Assembly (NCBI GenBank): GCA_000934665.2
Contig: JYFJ02000552.1
Location: forward strand, 62,001 to 123,178
Origin: Catajapyx aquilonaris
Taxonomy: Eukaryota
Length of the DNA stretch: 61,178 nucleotides
Direction: 5' to 3'
Shown here in pieces: positions 39,866-51,101 of the stretch (the first letter of the stretch is position 1; each line of letters opens with the position of its first letter). A program made the translations under genes and the position numbers. The notes below the pieces were generated by a model. That model was not told the origin of the DNA. It searched no databases and saw nothing but the letters and a program-made list of their open reading frames with translations.

Positions 39866-42498
39866 ATGGAATACGCATGCAAATGCATCAGAGATTATGC
39901 TCAAAGCACGTCTCTGCACGGATTCAAGTACACAACAGATGCATCCAACTCAATATGTGAACGGTATTATACATTCATATTAATATATCATTCTGTGCAA
40001 TTTTCAGCTGATTCTCACTGTCGATTGTCAAAGTTCAGACATTGTTATGCGGTTGTTTAAATTTTCAGAAGTTTGTGGATTCTGGTGTGCTGCTCTGCTG
40101 TTGGAGCAGCAGTCTTGTTCCTATCGCCCATTTTCATGCTCTACTTGAAAAATCCAATAATAACCACAGTAGAGTCTACTTCTGAGCCAGTCTGGAGCAT
40201 TCCTTTCCCTGCGGTTACCATATGCAACTCTAACAAAGCAAGAAACGACGATTTCATTAGAGTAATACAAATGCATCCGTGAGTCAAATCACCACAGATT
40301 TGAAATCTGTTCAGATTTAACGAGCCTTTCTTTTCTAAACAGGTGGTCCCTTTACTCTCAGTCGATCATGAACAAAACTATTCGTCTACTGACAAAAGTT
40401 GGCCGAATACATTTCAATCGTAAAAAGGAGAACGAGGAAGTGGCACGAGTTGTGAATGCCCAACAACACCTCATACCTGGATTAATGAAATCTGTTAGCA
40501 TTCATATTGGTCTATCATTGCATCATTCATGAAAACGTTATTTTCTTAACATCTCAGGTAATGCAGCCCATAGAAAAGGTGGGAGTCAAGTGCTGGTGGA
40601 TTGGTGTGCCGCATAACTGCAGTGACCTATTTGAAATGAGACGAACGGATGAAGGATTCTGCTGGGGATTCAACTCAGAGGCCATGCAGAGCATTGCAAG
40701 TACCAGCACAGAAAAAAAGTAATTAGTAGCATTATGTAGTGCAGAGTAATTGCACTTTACTTATTTAGCATGGTAAAGACATTATATGTCAAGTGCCTGA
40801 GTCACCAGATAAAACACCCTACTCTGAAGACGACTTGTCACCCACGTTTCCTTGAGATGCATTCCTTTAATTCACCGCACCCTTAAATTCCCAGCCATAA
40901 CGCATCAGAAAATGATGCGGCGTATGATTCGTTGCCATCTGAAAGCTACCAAAAGGAAGGTCTGACTACAGACAAGCCCGACCTGACCACCAGCTCTCAT
41001 CGGTCACAGTTTATCGCAAGGAGAGTGAATGGAGTTGGACCCAAAATGGGGCTCACAATACTCCTTGATCCAGAGGTGGACCAATACCTCTCCTACACCT
41101 ACAAATTTTATGGCTTCAAGGTATTATATAATTTTATGCCAAAAACAGATGCAAAATGCTTTCAAGATTTTGGTGTTAAGGTCGAAACAATTTGTTTGCC
41201 AGTTTCTTTAAACACGACTTTCTCTTCCAGGCACTGATACATTACAATACAGACTTCCCCGATGTGGGCATCAGAGGATTTCCGATCAATGCAGGATCAG
41301 AAGTGTTTGTCGGTGTCACAGCGGTTCTTACCGACAGTACAAAAAATGTGTACAATGTACCAATGCATAACAGAGAGTGCCGCTACCCACATGAGAAAAA
41401 TCTGGAGACCTACTCTTCGTACAGTTATGAAAACTGCTTCTTGGAATGCCAAGTGACTGATATGATTCGAAAATGTAATTGCACTCCATACTTGTACGAC
41501 AATCTCAGTGAGTACAACTTATTCAAAAGTATAAACAAATGGACTGAAATGACATGATAACCGTACCTAACAACTGAATATGGAAACACTTAGACAACAT
41601 ATGGCCATTAACGACTCTTTTCTTTGCCCTGTTGCACAGACATTGCACAAGTGTACATGCAAGTAATTTCGTTGTTTTCTGACATATTCATGACATATGA
41701 TCAATGAACAAAGGACTTGGCAAACTATGAAAAGTAATGAACATGCAGCTGTACAAAATGTAATGAACCTCAATTTAACATTTAGGTAGTAGAAGCATGT
41801 TGTGCAACTACACAGGAACACTGTGTGTAATCAACAACTCAAGTAAGGCTTTCTGTGTAATAAGTACATCTGACTTGAATAATTGAAATAATGGAAAATA
41901 CCACTACTATTTTTCCAGAGAGATTTTCATCTGCAAAGCCAGCAGGCAATGAGTTCCCTGCAGGACTGGCACCTGGAGACTACATGGAATGCCAATGCGA
42001 AAAAAGCTGCGAATCATTGTCTTATTTCCCCGAGATAACCACAGCGGACTTTCCCACCTTCCCACACGAACTCCATGATGTGGATGATCGTGACAAGCAA
42101 GTTATATTTATTATCGCACCATACAGATTTACAATTTATTAGCATGCATTTTCTCATGGCTTGACAACCATCTTAATCTGGGTTTTTTCATCAATGCAGA
42201 TCACACCTGGTCCTTATGCACGTCTATTTCAAGGAGATGACGCACGTGAAGTACAATAGAGATGTGCGATACACCTTAAGTGACATTGTTTGTGAGTACA
42301 TGCTAACCCTTCCTCAGTCTTCACAAAAGAGGCCAAAACAATCACAACAATCCATATATTTCAGCTGCTTTTGGTGGGATTGTCAGCCTCTTCATCGGAT
42401 TCAGTTTCGTCAGTGCTGCGGAGCTGGTTTACTTTTTCACCATCAGACCCTTCACACACTGGGTCAGGAGGGGAAACACAACCAATGCTCTCAAGTAG
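39866..42498 (+). CDS. ppk: Pickpocket-type DEG/ENaC amiloride-sensitive sodium channel subunit; ~10 exons
   Basis: Motifs STSLHG, TM1, FPAVTICN, TDEGFCWGFN, GLTILLD, YSYENCFLEC..CNC, and TM2 AFGGIVSLFIGFSFVSAAELVYF. Exons 39866-39963, 40069-40278, 40343-40493, 40558-40718, 40894-41120, 41231-41507, 41786-41842, 41919-42096, 42200-42291, 42365-42498. Symbol is family-level only; the start could lie further upstream. Confidence 0.9.
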
Positions 42499-42995
42499 CA
42501 CACTATCGATCCCAAAGTGCAAAGTTGTGCTGCTCTAATGGGTTTCCTACTTATCACTCCCAATTGTTTCACAACTTTTAATGTCACCATTAAAAAAAAA
42601 AAAAGATACAGTAATTACCTACCTACTCTCTGATTAAAACTTTCCCCCCACTAATGTGTTCTGTGAAATGGAGATTGCACATCACCTCTCATATTGATTG
42701 TAACAAGCCAGCTACATGCTCAGTGTGCACTTTAACTTCTGCTGTTGTGACTTCAGCAATAAGTCAATAGATAAAAATGGGATTCAACGAACTTGGGAAA
42801 TTTATCAAGGCCATGGATGTGATCAACTACCTCGACGTTTGATTAGAAGCGAAGTAATAAATTGCGCATTAATAATAACACAATTTCAATCGTGTGAAAA
42901 AATTGTTGCAAATGTCACAATATGATTTCATGGATTCCCAGTTACCAGTGTAGTCGAGGTCGACCAGTTTTGAGAAATGAACGATCTGGTGGCTA

Positions 42996-43226
42996 TACAG
43001 GCATGCCGGTCTAAGCGAGGTATGCCGGTATAAGGCGAGGTTTTCTTACGATCTCTATGAAAATTATTATTACTCAAATGAATGCATTACACCTTGTTGT
43101 ACGGTACGTATACAGCCGAGGACACTTCTATTGCCTGACACGTTGCATAAGATCGTTCGTTAAGTGAGCATGCTGGTCGACCTCGTTTTATACCGGCATG
43201 CCGCTTTAAGTGAGGTAATACGGTAT
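42996..43226. mobile_element. Degraded Tc1/pogo-like MITE
   Basis: TA-flanked ends with inverted TGCCGGTATAAGGCGAGG / CCTCGTTTTATACCGGCA and CTTACGATCT / AGATCGT. Confidence 0.45.
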
Positions 43227-44067
43227 ATCTTCCACTGTGTGGATTTAATTCAGGATCACTGATTTTGAATGGTCTAGATAGTGGTGTAGATATTTGAGAT
43301 ATGTCGTCACTCAACCAATCTGGAGTAATTAATTAATTGATAATTATTCAAGTTCGTCACCAGTGATTTGTCCCAGTTGCCATGATTCAATAATATAACC
43401 TTGCATCTTTTTCTGATAGTTTGTGTTGAAATGTCTTATATGCGAAAGACAATGTAGCGATAATAAAACAGATATTATAGAGAACAAAAACAAATCATCC
43501 TCTTCCTTCCCAACAACTTGAAAGTAAGTGTTGGTTCAAAATTGATACTGTACGAAAAACGAGAGAACGATGTGACGTCATCGTATCTTCCATTGTTTTG
43601 TTGACACTGTCTACTCACATTGTTCTGTGAGAATATTTCCATGGAAACTGTGATGAAGCCATATCGTTCTCTCGTTTACCGTACATTAGTCCAACAAGTT
43701 TTTCAAGTTTTCCCTAGTGTATGCCCAGCATTAGCATGCCATTTCACCACAGAACCCATGTTCGCTGTTGGTAGAACACGCCTGTCACTGCCACATCAAC
43801 TATTTTTATTGTCACATTTTTTTTACGATGTACTGTGCTGATTTCACAGCTTCAATAACTGCACAAATTTTTAACAAGTCCCAATAGACACATCTCACAA
43901 ATTATACAATGCATAACTACATGCTTGAGTTTCAAAATCTGCGACACTTACATTTATTTTACACAATTCTGAATTAGAAAGTAAAAATGAAACAGCAATG
44001 ACATTCCACTTGATATTATTATGTAACCGTAACATTAGTCAACATCATGCAAGTGGCTAACAAAAGG

Positions 44068-45387
44068 TTAACTATTTCCAGGAGATTCGGTCACTGACCT
44101 CAACTGGCAGGTGATGGCAGGTGGTGTGTCCTGCCCCTCATCAGTTTTTTTAAGTTTGAACACAAACACTTGGCTGGATCTTCCTCCCTCGTTCGCATTC
44201 TGATTTAACTCCACCTGCGTTTCCTGGTCATGCTCTTCATGGACTGTCTCGTGCTCAGTTAATTTCTTACCATCAGAAAATCGCAGTGGACATTTGCGAC
44301 ACTTGAATTTGTTAAGTTTGGCAGCTGCGTCACACTTATGTGCAATAAATTTGTCGCATCCTTTGACTACCTCTGCACAATCATCGCACTTGAATACATC
44401 GGTGTTGAATCGTTTCGCAGAAGAATAGCGATATGATCCTTTAAATTTCCCCACGTGAGTTTTGCTAGGGATTCTACCGTGATTAGTGTTTTTGTGGCGT
44501 TCTAAATCTTCAGGCCAATAAAATATCATTCCACACTCTTTACAAGCATGAGGCTTTATGTGGGAATGCTTCTCATGTACGTGACTTGCAAAAGACTTGA
44601 GCGTCTTGAAAGAGCGCGGACAATAATTACATGTAAACGATTCTAACCCCTCTTCGCCACCTCGAGTTCCACTACTCTCTGGTCTATCATTACATCCATA
44701 TTCTAATGCTGTACCAGTTTCACCGCATTCTGATTCACCACGATCTCCCAAAACTCCACTTGAACCATAAACAGGAACAGCTACCCCCCCTTTTCCAGCC
44801 CGTTCGAAGGTGATGGCAAGGTCACTGGACGTTTGCACACATGTCGACGCATCCTCCACACACAGTGGCTTTGTTTCTGAACAAGTGTCCAAGTGATTTT
44901 CAAAATCAGTTTTCGAGAAGAATGACCTCAGGCATGTGTCGCATGTGTCATTCAGCGAAGTGTCCAGTGGACCATCCTCTGACCACATGCTGGTGCTAAG
45001 GGGCAAAGGGTAAATCTGTGGAGTCTCAAGGTCGAATATTTCATTACTGTCTCGCAACCCGATGTTGGTGGTGTCCAGAAGATCCATATCCTGCGGCAGG
45101 TCCAAAGTGAGTGGCTTTGAACCGCTTGGCGATATCTGATAAGCAGACAGCTCATTCCAAAGGAATTCTTTTCTCAGTGACCTGCTACTAATATCAAGGG
45201 GATCGGAAAGCTCTAAAGGTGCAGCATCCAAGCTCAAAGCCAACTCTTCCTCCTCCTTCACTAGGACATCATCTGTCCTCAGCAGAGGAGGTGAAGCAGG
45301 TTCCTCTTTAACTTCAGCCATCCACTCTTCTTTCACAGTTACCATTTCGTCCTCTTCCACCTCAAGCTTCACGTGTACATCCGCCAT
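44068..45387 (-). CDS. C2H2/C2HC zinc-finger protein (about 5 dispersed fingers), single coding exon
   Basis: ATG at 45387 just after an acceptor (tttttag). Acidic VKEE/DPL-rich N-terminus; fingers CDTC..HLDTC, CNYC..HVHEKH, CKEC..HKNTNH, CDDC..HKC, CRKC..HETVH. Confidence 0.88.
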   Translation of the reverse strand: MADVHVKLEVEEDEMVTVKEEWMAEVKEEPASPPLLRTDDVLVKEEEELALSLDAAPLELSDPLDISSRSLRKEFLWNELSAYQISPSGSKPLTLDLPQDMDLLDTTNIGLRDSNEIFDLETPQIYPLPLSTSMWSEDGPLDTSLNDTCDTCLRSFFSKTDFENHLDTCSETKPLCVEDASTCVQTSSDLAITFERAGKGGVAVPVYGSSGVLGDRGESECGETGTALEYGCNDRPESSGTRGGEEGLESFTCNYCPRSFKTLKSFASHVHEKHSHIKPHACKECGMIFYWPEDLERHKNTNHGRIPSKTHVGKFKGSYRYSSAKRFNTDVFKCDDCAEVVKGCDKFIAHKCDAAAKLNKFKCRKCPLRFSDGKKLTEHETVHEEHDQETQVELNQNANEGGRSSQVFVFKLKKTDEGQDTPPAITCQLRSVTESPGNS

Positions 45388-47794
45388 AGTGCCTAAAAAC
45401 AAATTATACAATGATACTATGAACATTCTGTGAACGTCCACAAGGTTGATGTCCGCTTACGAGAGTGATCTGCCTACAAAGCTTGGCGTCGCCGTGCGTC
45501 TCCCCTTCCGTCACACGACATGCAATTCGCTTTGGCCTCCTCCTGCGATGAAGAGGCCGGCTGCAGTCGTCTCCTCAGCATGCTGCAACGGACACATTCT
45601 CTGCAAGTAACCAACATTGTTTAAAGCGCACGACACCATGCAATGTATTGAGGACTCCGTACCATGGGAAAGTGCAAATTACTACAATAGCAATGGCAAT
45701 TAAAACCAAGAACACATCAACATAATTTCTCTCTCCTCATCCCCAACCATATCCTCACTAGACAGGCAGCCATTTTGGAGTCTGCATTCCGAAGGCTGCA
45801 TCACAGAACTGTTCTAGTGAAAAATATGGCTAGAAATTATTGATAACCAATCATTATTATTATTAATAATAACAACAGCTGGAACTGAAAAAAATGAGCA
45901 TGTATCCGATACTCTGAATACATTTCACACCTGGTAGATATATTATTATTATTTATTAATGATAATTGTTCAGACTGTGGCTACCGTATATTATGATCAC
46001 TCCTTCTTAAAGCCATTACAAACAGGTATTATCCAAAGGGGAACTGGAGCATAAGTAGTTCTACGTTGTTTTTCCACAATATTGAAGGCAGTCAGGTGGA
46101 TGGACAACGCGGAATTATTCACTTTTTTAACATATTGGGAATGTCTTCATAGGGACGGTTTAGAGTGATTGGAGCGTATGCAGTACCACTTTCAGGAACT
46201 AAGGGTCTGAATATGACTTAGTCACACATAATAAGGCACTTGGGAGTGAACGATGACAATAATAAATTTAGTCTGGGGAACATGAACAGAGAAGCACTGG
46301 AATAATTAGAACGAGATTGCAATTTAAATGCAGTGCCTCTAGAAATGAAAGGTAAGGACAGGTACTATACATTCTTTCATCTCTTGGAAGCAATTTTCCC
46401 AACTTTTAATTACTATCGCCACTCCTAATTCTGTACAGAAAAATTTAGCTAATTTAGTGGTATAACAATAACTGTAATTATGATTGTCAAACTAAAATGA
46501 AACTTTACCCAATAAAATAGCAACAGGGCAGCTGGAAGAGGTGGGGAAGTGGAGGTGAATACAGCAAATTAATGTTAAGTGCACAATCGCAAATCAGGAG
46601 CATTACTTGCAGAGTAACTACACCAGTGCTTCTCTGTATGACACATTAGCAAGGAAGGCAATTGTACGAGTGATGGGAATGATACAAAACCAGTCTCTCT
46701 GTACGTATGCAAGACAATATCAAAATTCAGATAATTAAGCCTCTCCTACACCATGCTTGATTTCAAAATACTTTACGAAAGAATAATGCATGGTATCCGT
46801 TTAAACAAATAACTCTTTTGACCACGTTAACAAATGTGGCGCTATAAAATATTTCACAAGAAATCACACAAGTAGGGTTCCAGATAATGTGAAATGCAAA
46901 TCACACCGTACCCCAGTAATTCTAAAATTAGACTCATCTCATTGAAAAAACAAAAACAAAAACAGCCAACAATGACAAAGTGGACATTGCCATTGCCGTG
47001 ATTGTTCATACACTCATTTAAAACACATTTAACTGGGCAGCCATTCCATGAGGCAAAACCAAAATAGGAAAAAAAAAAAAAGCTCCTCTAGCAAATTCTC
47101 GAACTCCACTTGTCCACTGACTTCTCGATCACACTAAAAAAAATCTTGGGAATTTGTTCTAAAACTCGTGCTCTCTAGAGCTTGGGAGCACACCTTAAGA
47201 TTCATACTTTATATCCATATATTTAAACCGTTCATGTCAATAGCTGCAGAAAATAATCGGGAGTGAAGTGTATATCAAAACACTCTCACTGGCAAGCAGA
47301 AATTCTCGTGTAACATCCTTTCATCCAAGAGAAAAATAGCTTTGGGATGCAAAAGAAAAGTGGCACGGAGAACACACCAAGGCCAAGTCTCCATAAATGC
47401 TACAATTGCAAGGTGACCGTACAACTTCCGTGATCCGAAGAGTTTTACGATACAAGGCAACTGCATACGGACAGCACAAATTTGGCACAACATTACTGGC
47501 CTTAAGTGGGGCAGACACACAGTCTAAAGCAATGCAGTTTATTCTGAGATCTTCTTTTGGTGGCCAATGGAAACATCACCATGAATTTTGAATGTTAATT
47601 TAGCTAAGAGCTGTAATTTTGTAATGGAACATTATGAATCATACAGTGACATGGCATCAAATCAAAATGGCGCTCAATGCAACCATCAATCAATTAAGGA
47701 CGTGCAATATAATACAGAGGCCAGGTCTAATTGCGCAGGAAGCAGTCTTGATATACTTGTCGATCTTCTGAATCTGGCTGTAGAGGATTACCCC

Positions 47795-50410
47795 TTAGAC
47801 AGTCACCTTGACGATATATTCTGGGTAGCAGGTACTGTCACGATACTTTACAAATATGGCAGGGGCTTTCACGTCATCTACAGTAGTATCATAAGGGCGT
47901 CCGGTTTTAGGGTTAACGGGAGGGACCCTGACTCCATTCTGCCCAATTGTGAAGTCCCCCAACAGCACCCGGGCGCAAATCACTGTCTTTGGGTTGTCCG
48001 TTGCCTTGCAGTATGACAGGGCGTAGGACATGCTGTTAGTGAAATAGAAGCCCTTCCCATAGCGGGTGCCAGTGCTTTCTCCACACAGGCGCAGGTCGAA
48101 ATTCATTTGAGCAATCTGGTCCGCAGCCACTGAGGTGGTTCCGTGGAAGAGGCGCCTGTCATCTTCCTTCAGCATGCCAGCTTCCAGTTTGTAGCGATTC
48201 CATAGAGCCTGGTTCTGAACTCGTACCACTGAATTAATCTGAGAGCCTCGAAAATGGGCAGACACTTCAGCAAACTCACCAGAATTGGGGTCGACAGGGA
48301 TCAGATCACATCCCTGAAAAATGCAACAAAGAAGAGCAAATGTTATGTGACATCTCTTCCCCTTTCCTGTCCCTCACAAACAAATAATTCCAGCATGATC
48401 ATGCATCAACGTGCTTAACAACTCACCATAGTATTAGCACTTGGAGTCCAGCGTTCTGGGAATGATTGGGTTGGGATGCTAGTGATGGACCTCCTGTAAG
48501 TGATGTTCTCAATCCGGCGAAGGTTTCGCTGCACAGGGAGTGGTTGCACCTGCCACTGTTGGAAGTCCAGCAAGTACTGGGTTCTCCCACCTAAAACGTT
48601 CATTTTTTGGCGAGGCTGGACCCTGAAGACAGCCTCAACAATTTCCGAACTTGTTCCCAAGTGAGTAATATCGATCCACTGGGCTCCATTCCAATAACTC
48701 CAGTGTATCACGGAGGTGACACTCCCCTTCAAAAGAAAAACAGGATGGTGTGTTAGAGTGACACGTAGTAACCAAGAATCCTGTAACTTCCAAGAAATAA
48801 ATTTACTTTGGGACTAAGTAAAGGAAAATTGCACTTAAAGTCAAAAATATTTCTGATGTTACATGCAACTTGGCTGTTTCACAACACCTCAAGTTACGGC
48901 AAGAACAGCTTGGATACAAGGCCCTGTTTCTAAAAACGTGGTGACCAATGTCTACAAGAGTGAAAAGATTTACCTATTACACGCAAATTCCTTTACGTAC
49001 ATTTTAAAAACACGTAAGGGAAGCATAAGTACTATTCAAAAATGAAGTTCAGTTTTTATTTCTGAATTTCGTTGCTTACTATTGAATAATAAGCCCCAAT
49101 TATGACCCCCAATAAGCAATTCTTCCAGATAATGTGATACCTTCAAATCCAGCAGTTCTTTCTCGAGAAGCTTAACCTTGCCTTCCAGATCTTCCTTCTC
49201 ATTCCACTCAGTCTGCAATTGCTTCAACACCTCGTCCATGTCAGACTGTGTGTAAGTTCCCGCACTGGTTCCTTCCCCTGAAGCAGATTTCTTCTCTACT
49301 TGCTCCTAAGAAAAAGAAGGCCAGTAATATTGTGACATTACAATCATATTATCAGTGAACTCTGAGGTCTCGCCTTACCCTCATTAGTGCTAGTTCCTGC
49401 TGAAGTTCCTTGACTTGGTTAGTCAAGGCTTCCTTGGCCTCCCATTCCAATTCTAGCTGCATCAATACTGCAGATATATCATCACTTGTACCAGTGTCTG
49501 CATCGCCATTTTCACTCGGAGGAACTTCTGAACCGGTATTCTGCACAGGTAATAAATGTGTCATAATATTACGGATAGACTTAAAGTAACTTCCGGCAGC
49601 CCTGACCCACAATCTTATTTTAAAACCACTATATTCCCCCAATACACTCCGATAACTTGGAGCATCCCAGAAGAGCCGTTGTTATACAGGGTGATCAAAC
49701 TTTTTTGTCGTTTTAGTTATTGACAAATTCGGCCTAAGCTGCTTATATTGTAGCCCGTGACCTGGCAACCCCGTCCGGTGGGCCAATTCAAACATCGGCC
49801 CATGGAGAGCGCTTCCATTGTTGCCACTGTTTACAAATCGAGTGAGTGAGTGCGCAGGCAGAAGAGACCCGTCGCCGGGTTGTCCGCGTCACTCACTCGA
49901 TTTGTAAACAGTGGCAACAATGGAAGCGCTCTCCATGGGCCGATGTTTGAATTGGCCCACCGGATGGGGTTGCCAGGTCACGGGCTACAATATAAGCAGC
50001 TTAGGCCGAATTTGTCAATAACTAAAACGACAAAAAAGTTTGATCACCCTGTATAACGCCTTGCAGGTTATCATTTCCGAGGCACCACATATCATGCAAG
50101 ATGTTGGGGATGAGGATTAACGTCAGCATTGCCAAAAGAGCTCTGTTGGCGAATGCGATACCTTTGACTGTAGTTCTTCCTGCAACTTCTTCACCTGGTT
50201 CGCCAAGGCCTCACTTTCCGCCTGTAACTGCCTCATCAAACTGTCCGCATCAGTCCCATTGGCCTGCCTGGATGATGTTGCTGTGCTCTCCGCTTTCTTC
50301 GCTGGAGTCGGCCCATCATCAATGATTATGACCTCATTTGTCTCAATTTTCACTCTCCTTTTAAGGGAATCTGAACTTGTCGAGGGTTGCGGAGGTTCTT
50401 CAGCCGACAT
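47795..50410 (-). CDS. PARP-family mono-ADP-ribosyltransferase (PARP11/12/TiPARP-like catalytic domain) with WWE-like domain and three N-terminal coiled-coil repeats; 5 coding exons
   Basis: Exons 50410-50162, 49540-49379, 49305-49141, 48726-48427, 48313-47795; all introns phase 0 and in frame. Catalytic motifs RVQNQALWNRY, LFHGT, YGKGFYF, ARVLLG, YDTTVD..PAIFVKY..CYPEYIV. WWE-like WSYWNGAQW..SEIVE..YLLDFQQW. Confidence 0.9.
49687..50051. mobile_element. Tc1/mariner-type palindromic MITE in the first coding intron of the PARP gene
   Basis: TA|CAGGGTG...CACCCTG|TA. The 163-bp arms (49687-49849 and 49889-50051) are reverse-complementary with one mismatch found; 39-bp spacer. Confidence 0.93.
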
Positions 50411-50894
50411 CTTGCACGTTCCTCCCACGTACTTCCCTGCAATGCATAGCGATTTAGAGTAGCAACATTACAGCCATTCGCGTGGCACCCGATCTTCATG
50501 ATTAGGTCATGGCTCTCTGGTCACAGAATGGATATTGATTGGTCACATTTTCCTACTGAAACTGGCTCATCTTTTTTTCCGTTCTTTCGTTATTAACCTG
50601 CGAGTCTTATGCTGGTGTCCAACCAGAGTAACTTGAAGCGCAGGCCGGTCTGAGGACAACAGGCGTTTACCTCCTTCTAATGTATTTCCTCGACCTACAT
50701 GCATTAACAACAACCTTTCTCACCAGGACACACTTCCAAAATGCTGGTCAATCCCTGCAGAAACAGGAGGAATAAAAACCAGGGAGAAAGAGGGCTGCCA
50801 TCGCAAGAAGAAGCACGCCGAACGCATTCCGACCACCGGCCATCCGAACCCAACATGTGTTTACACCTTCCAGCCTCAGAGATGAGGCACTCAC

Positions 50895-51101
50895 TGTCAA
50901 CCAATCAAAACGCAATACGGCTGTTGACGCATGCGTACCACAAGCGGCATTGAGCAGGCATAGTAAATCAATTTGCAGTTGTAAAATACGTCCACTAGCT
51001 ACATAACGCATGCGCACCTTGTTTGAATCCGCGCATGCGTCTATCGGCATGTTGCCTGACAGGCGCGTGATTTGCCGTTGTAAATTCTCAAAGATGGCGT
51101 C
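50895..51101. promoter_or_regulatory. Bidirectional promoter between the PARP gene and VPS33A (CCAAT, 3x NRF1/Ewg-like, YY1/Pho-like motifs)
   Basis: CCAAT at 50901; CGCATGCG at 50928, 51007 and 51032; AAGATGGCG overlapping the VPS33A ATG. The two genes diverge from this interval. Confidence 0.6.

Noticed and set aside
45461..45600. In-frame TGA after Cys (AAC*G) suggesting a selenoprotein exon
   Set aside because: No similarity to known selenoprotein motifs and no SECIS seen; better explained as a 5'UTR exon.
50748..50840. Signal-peptide-like minus-strand ORF MAGGRNAFGVLLLAMAALFLPG
   Set aside because: Lies in the PARP promoter/UTR-intron region; no plausible splice links it to a secreted protein.
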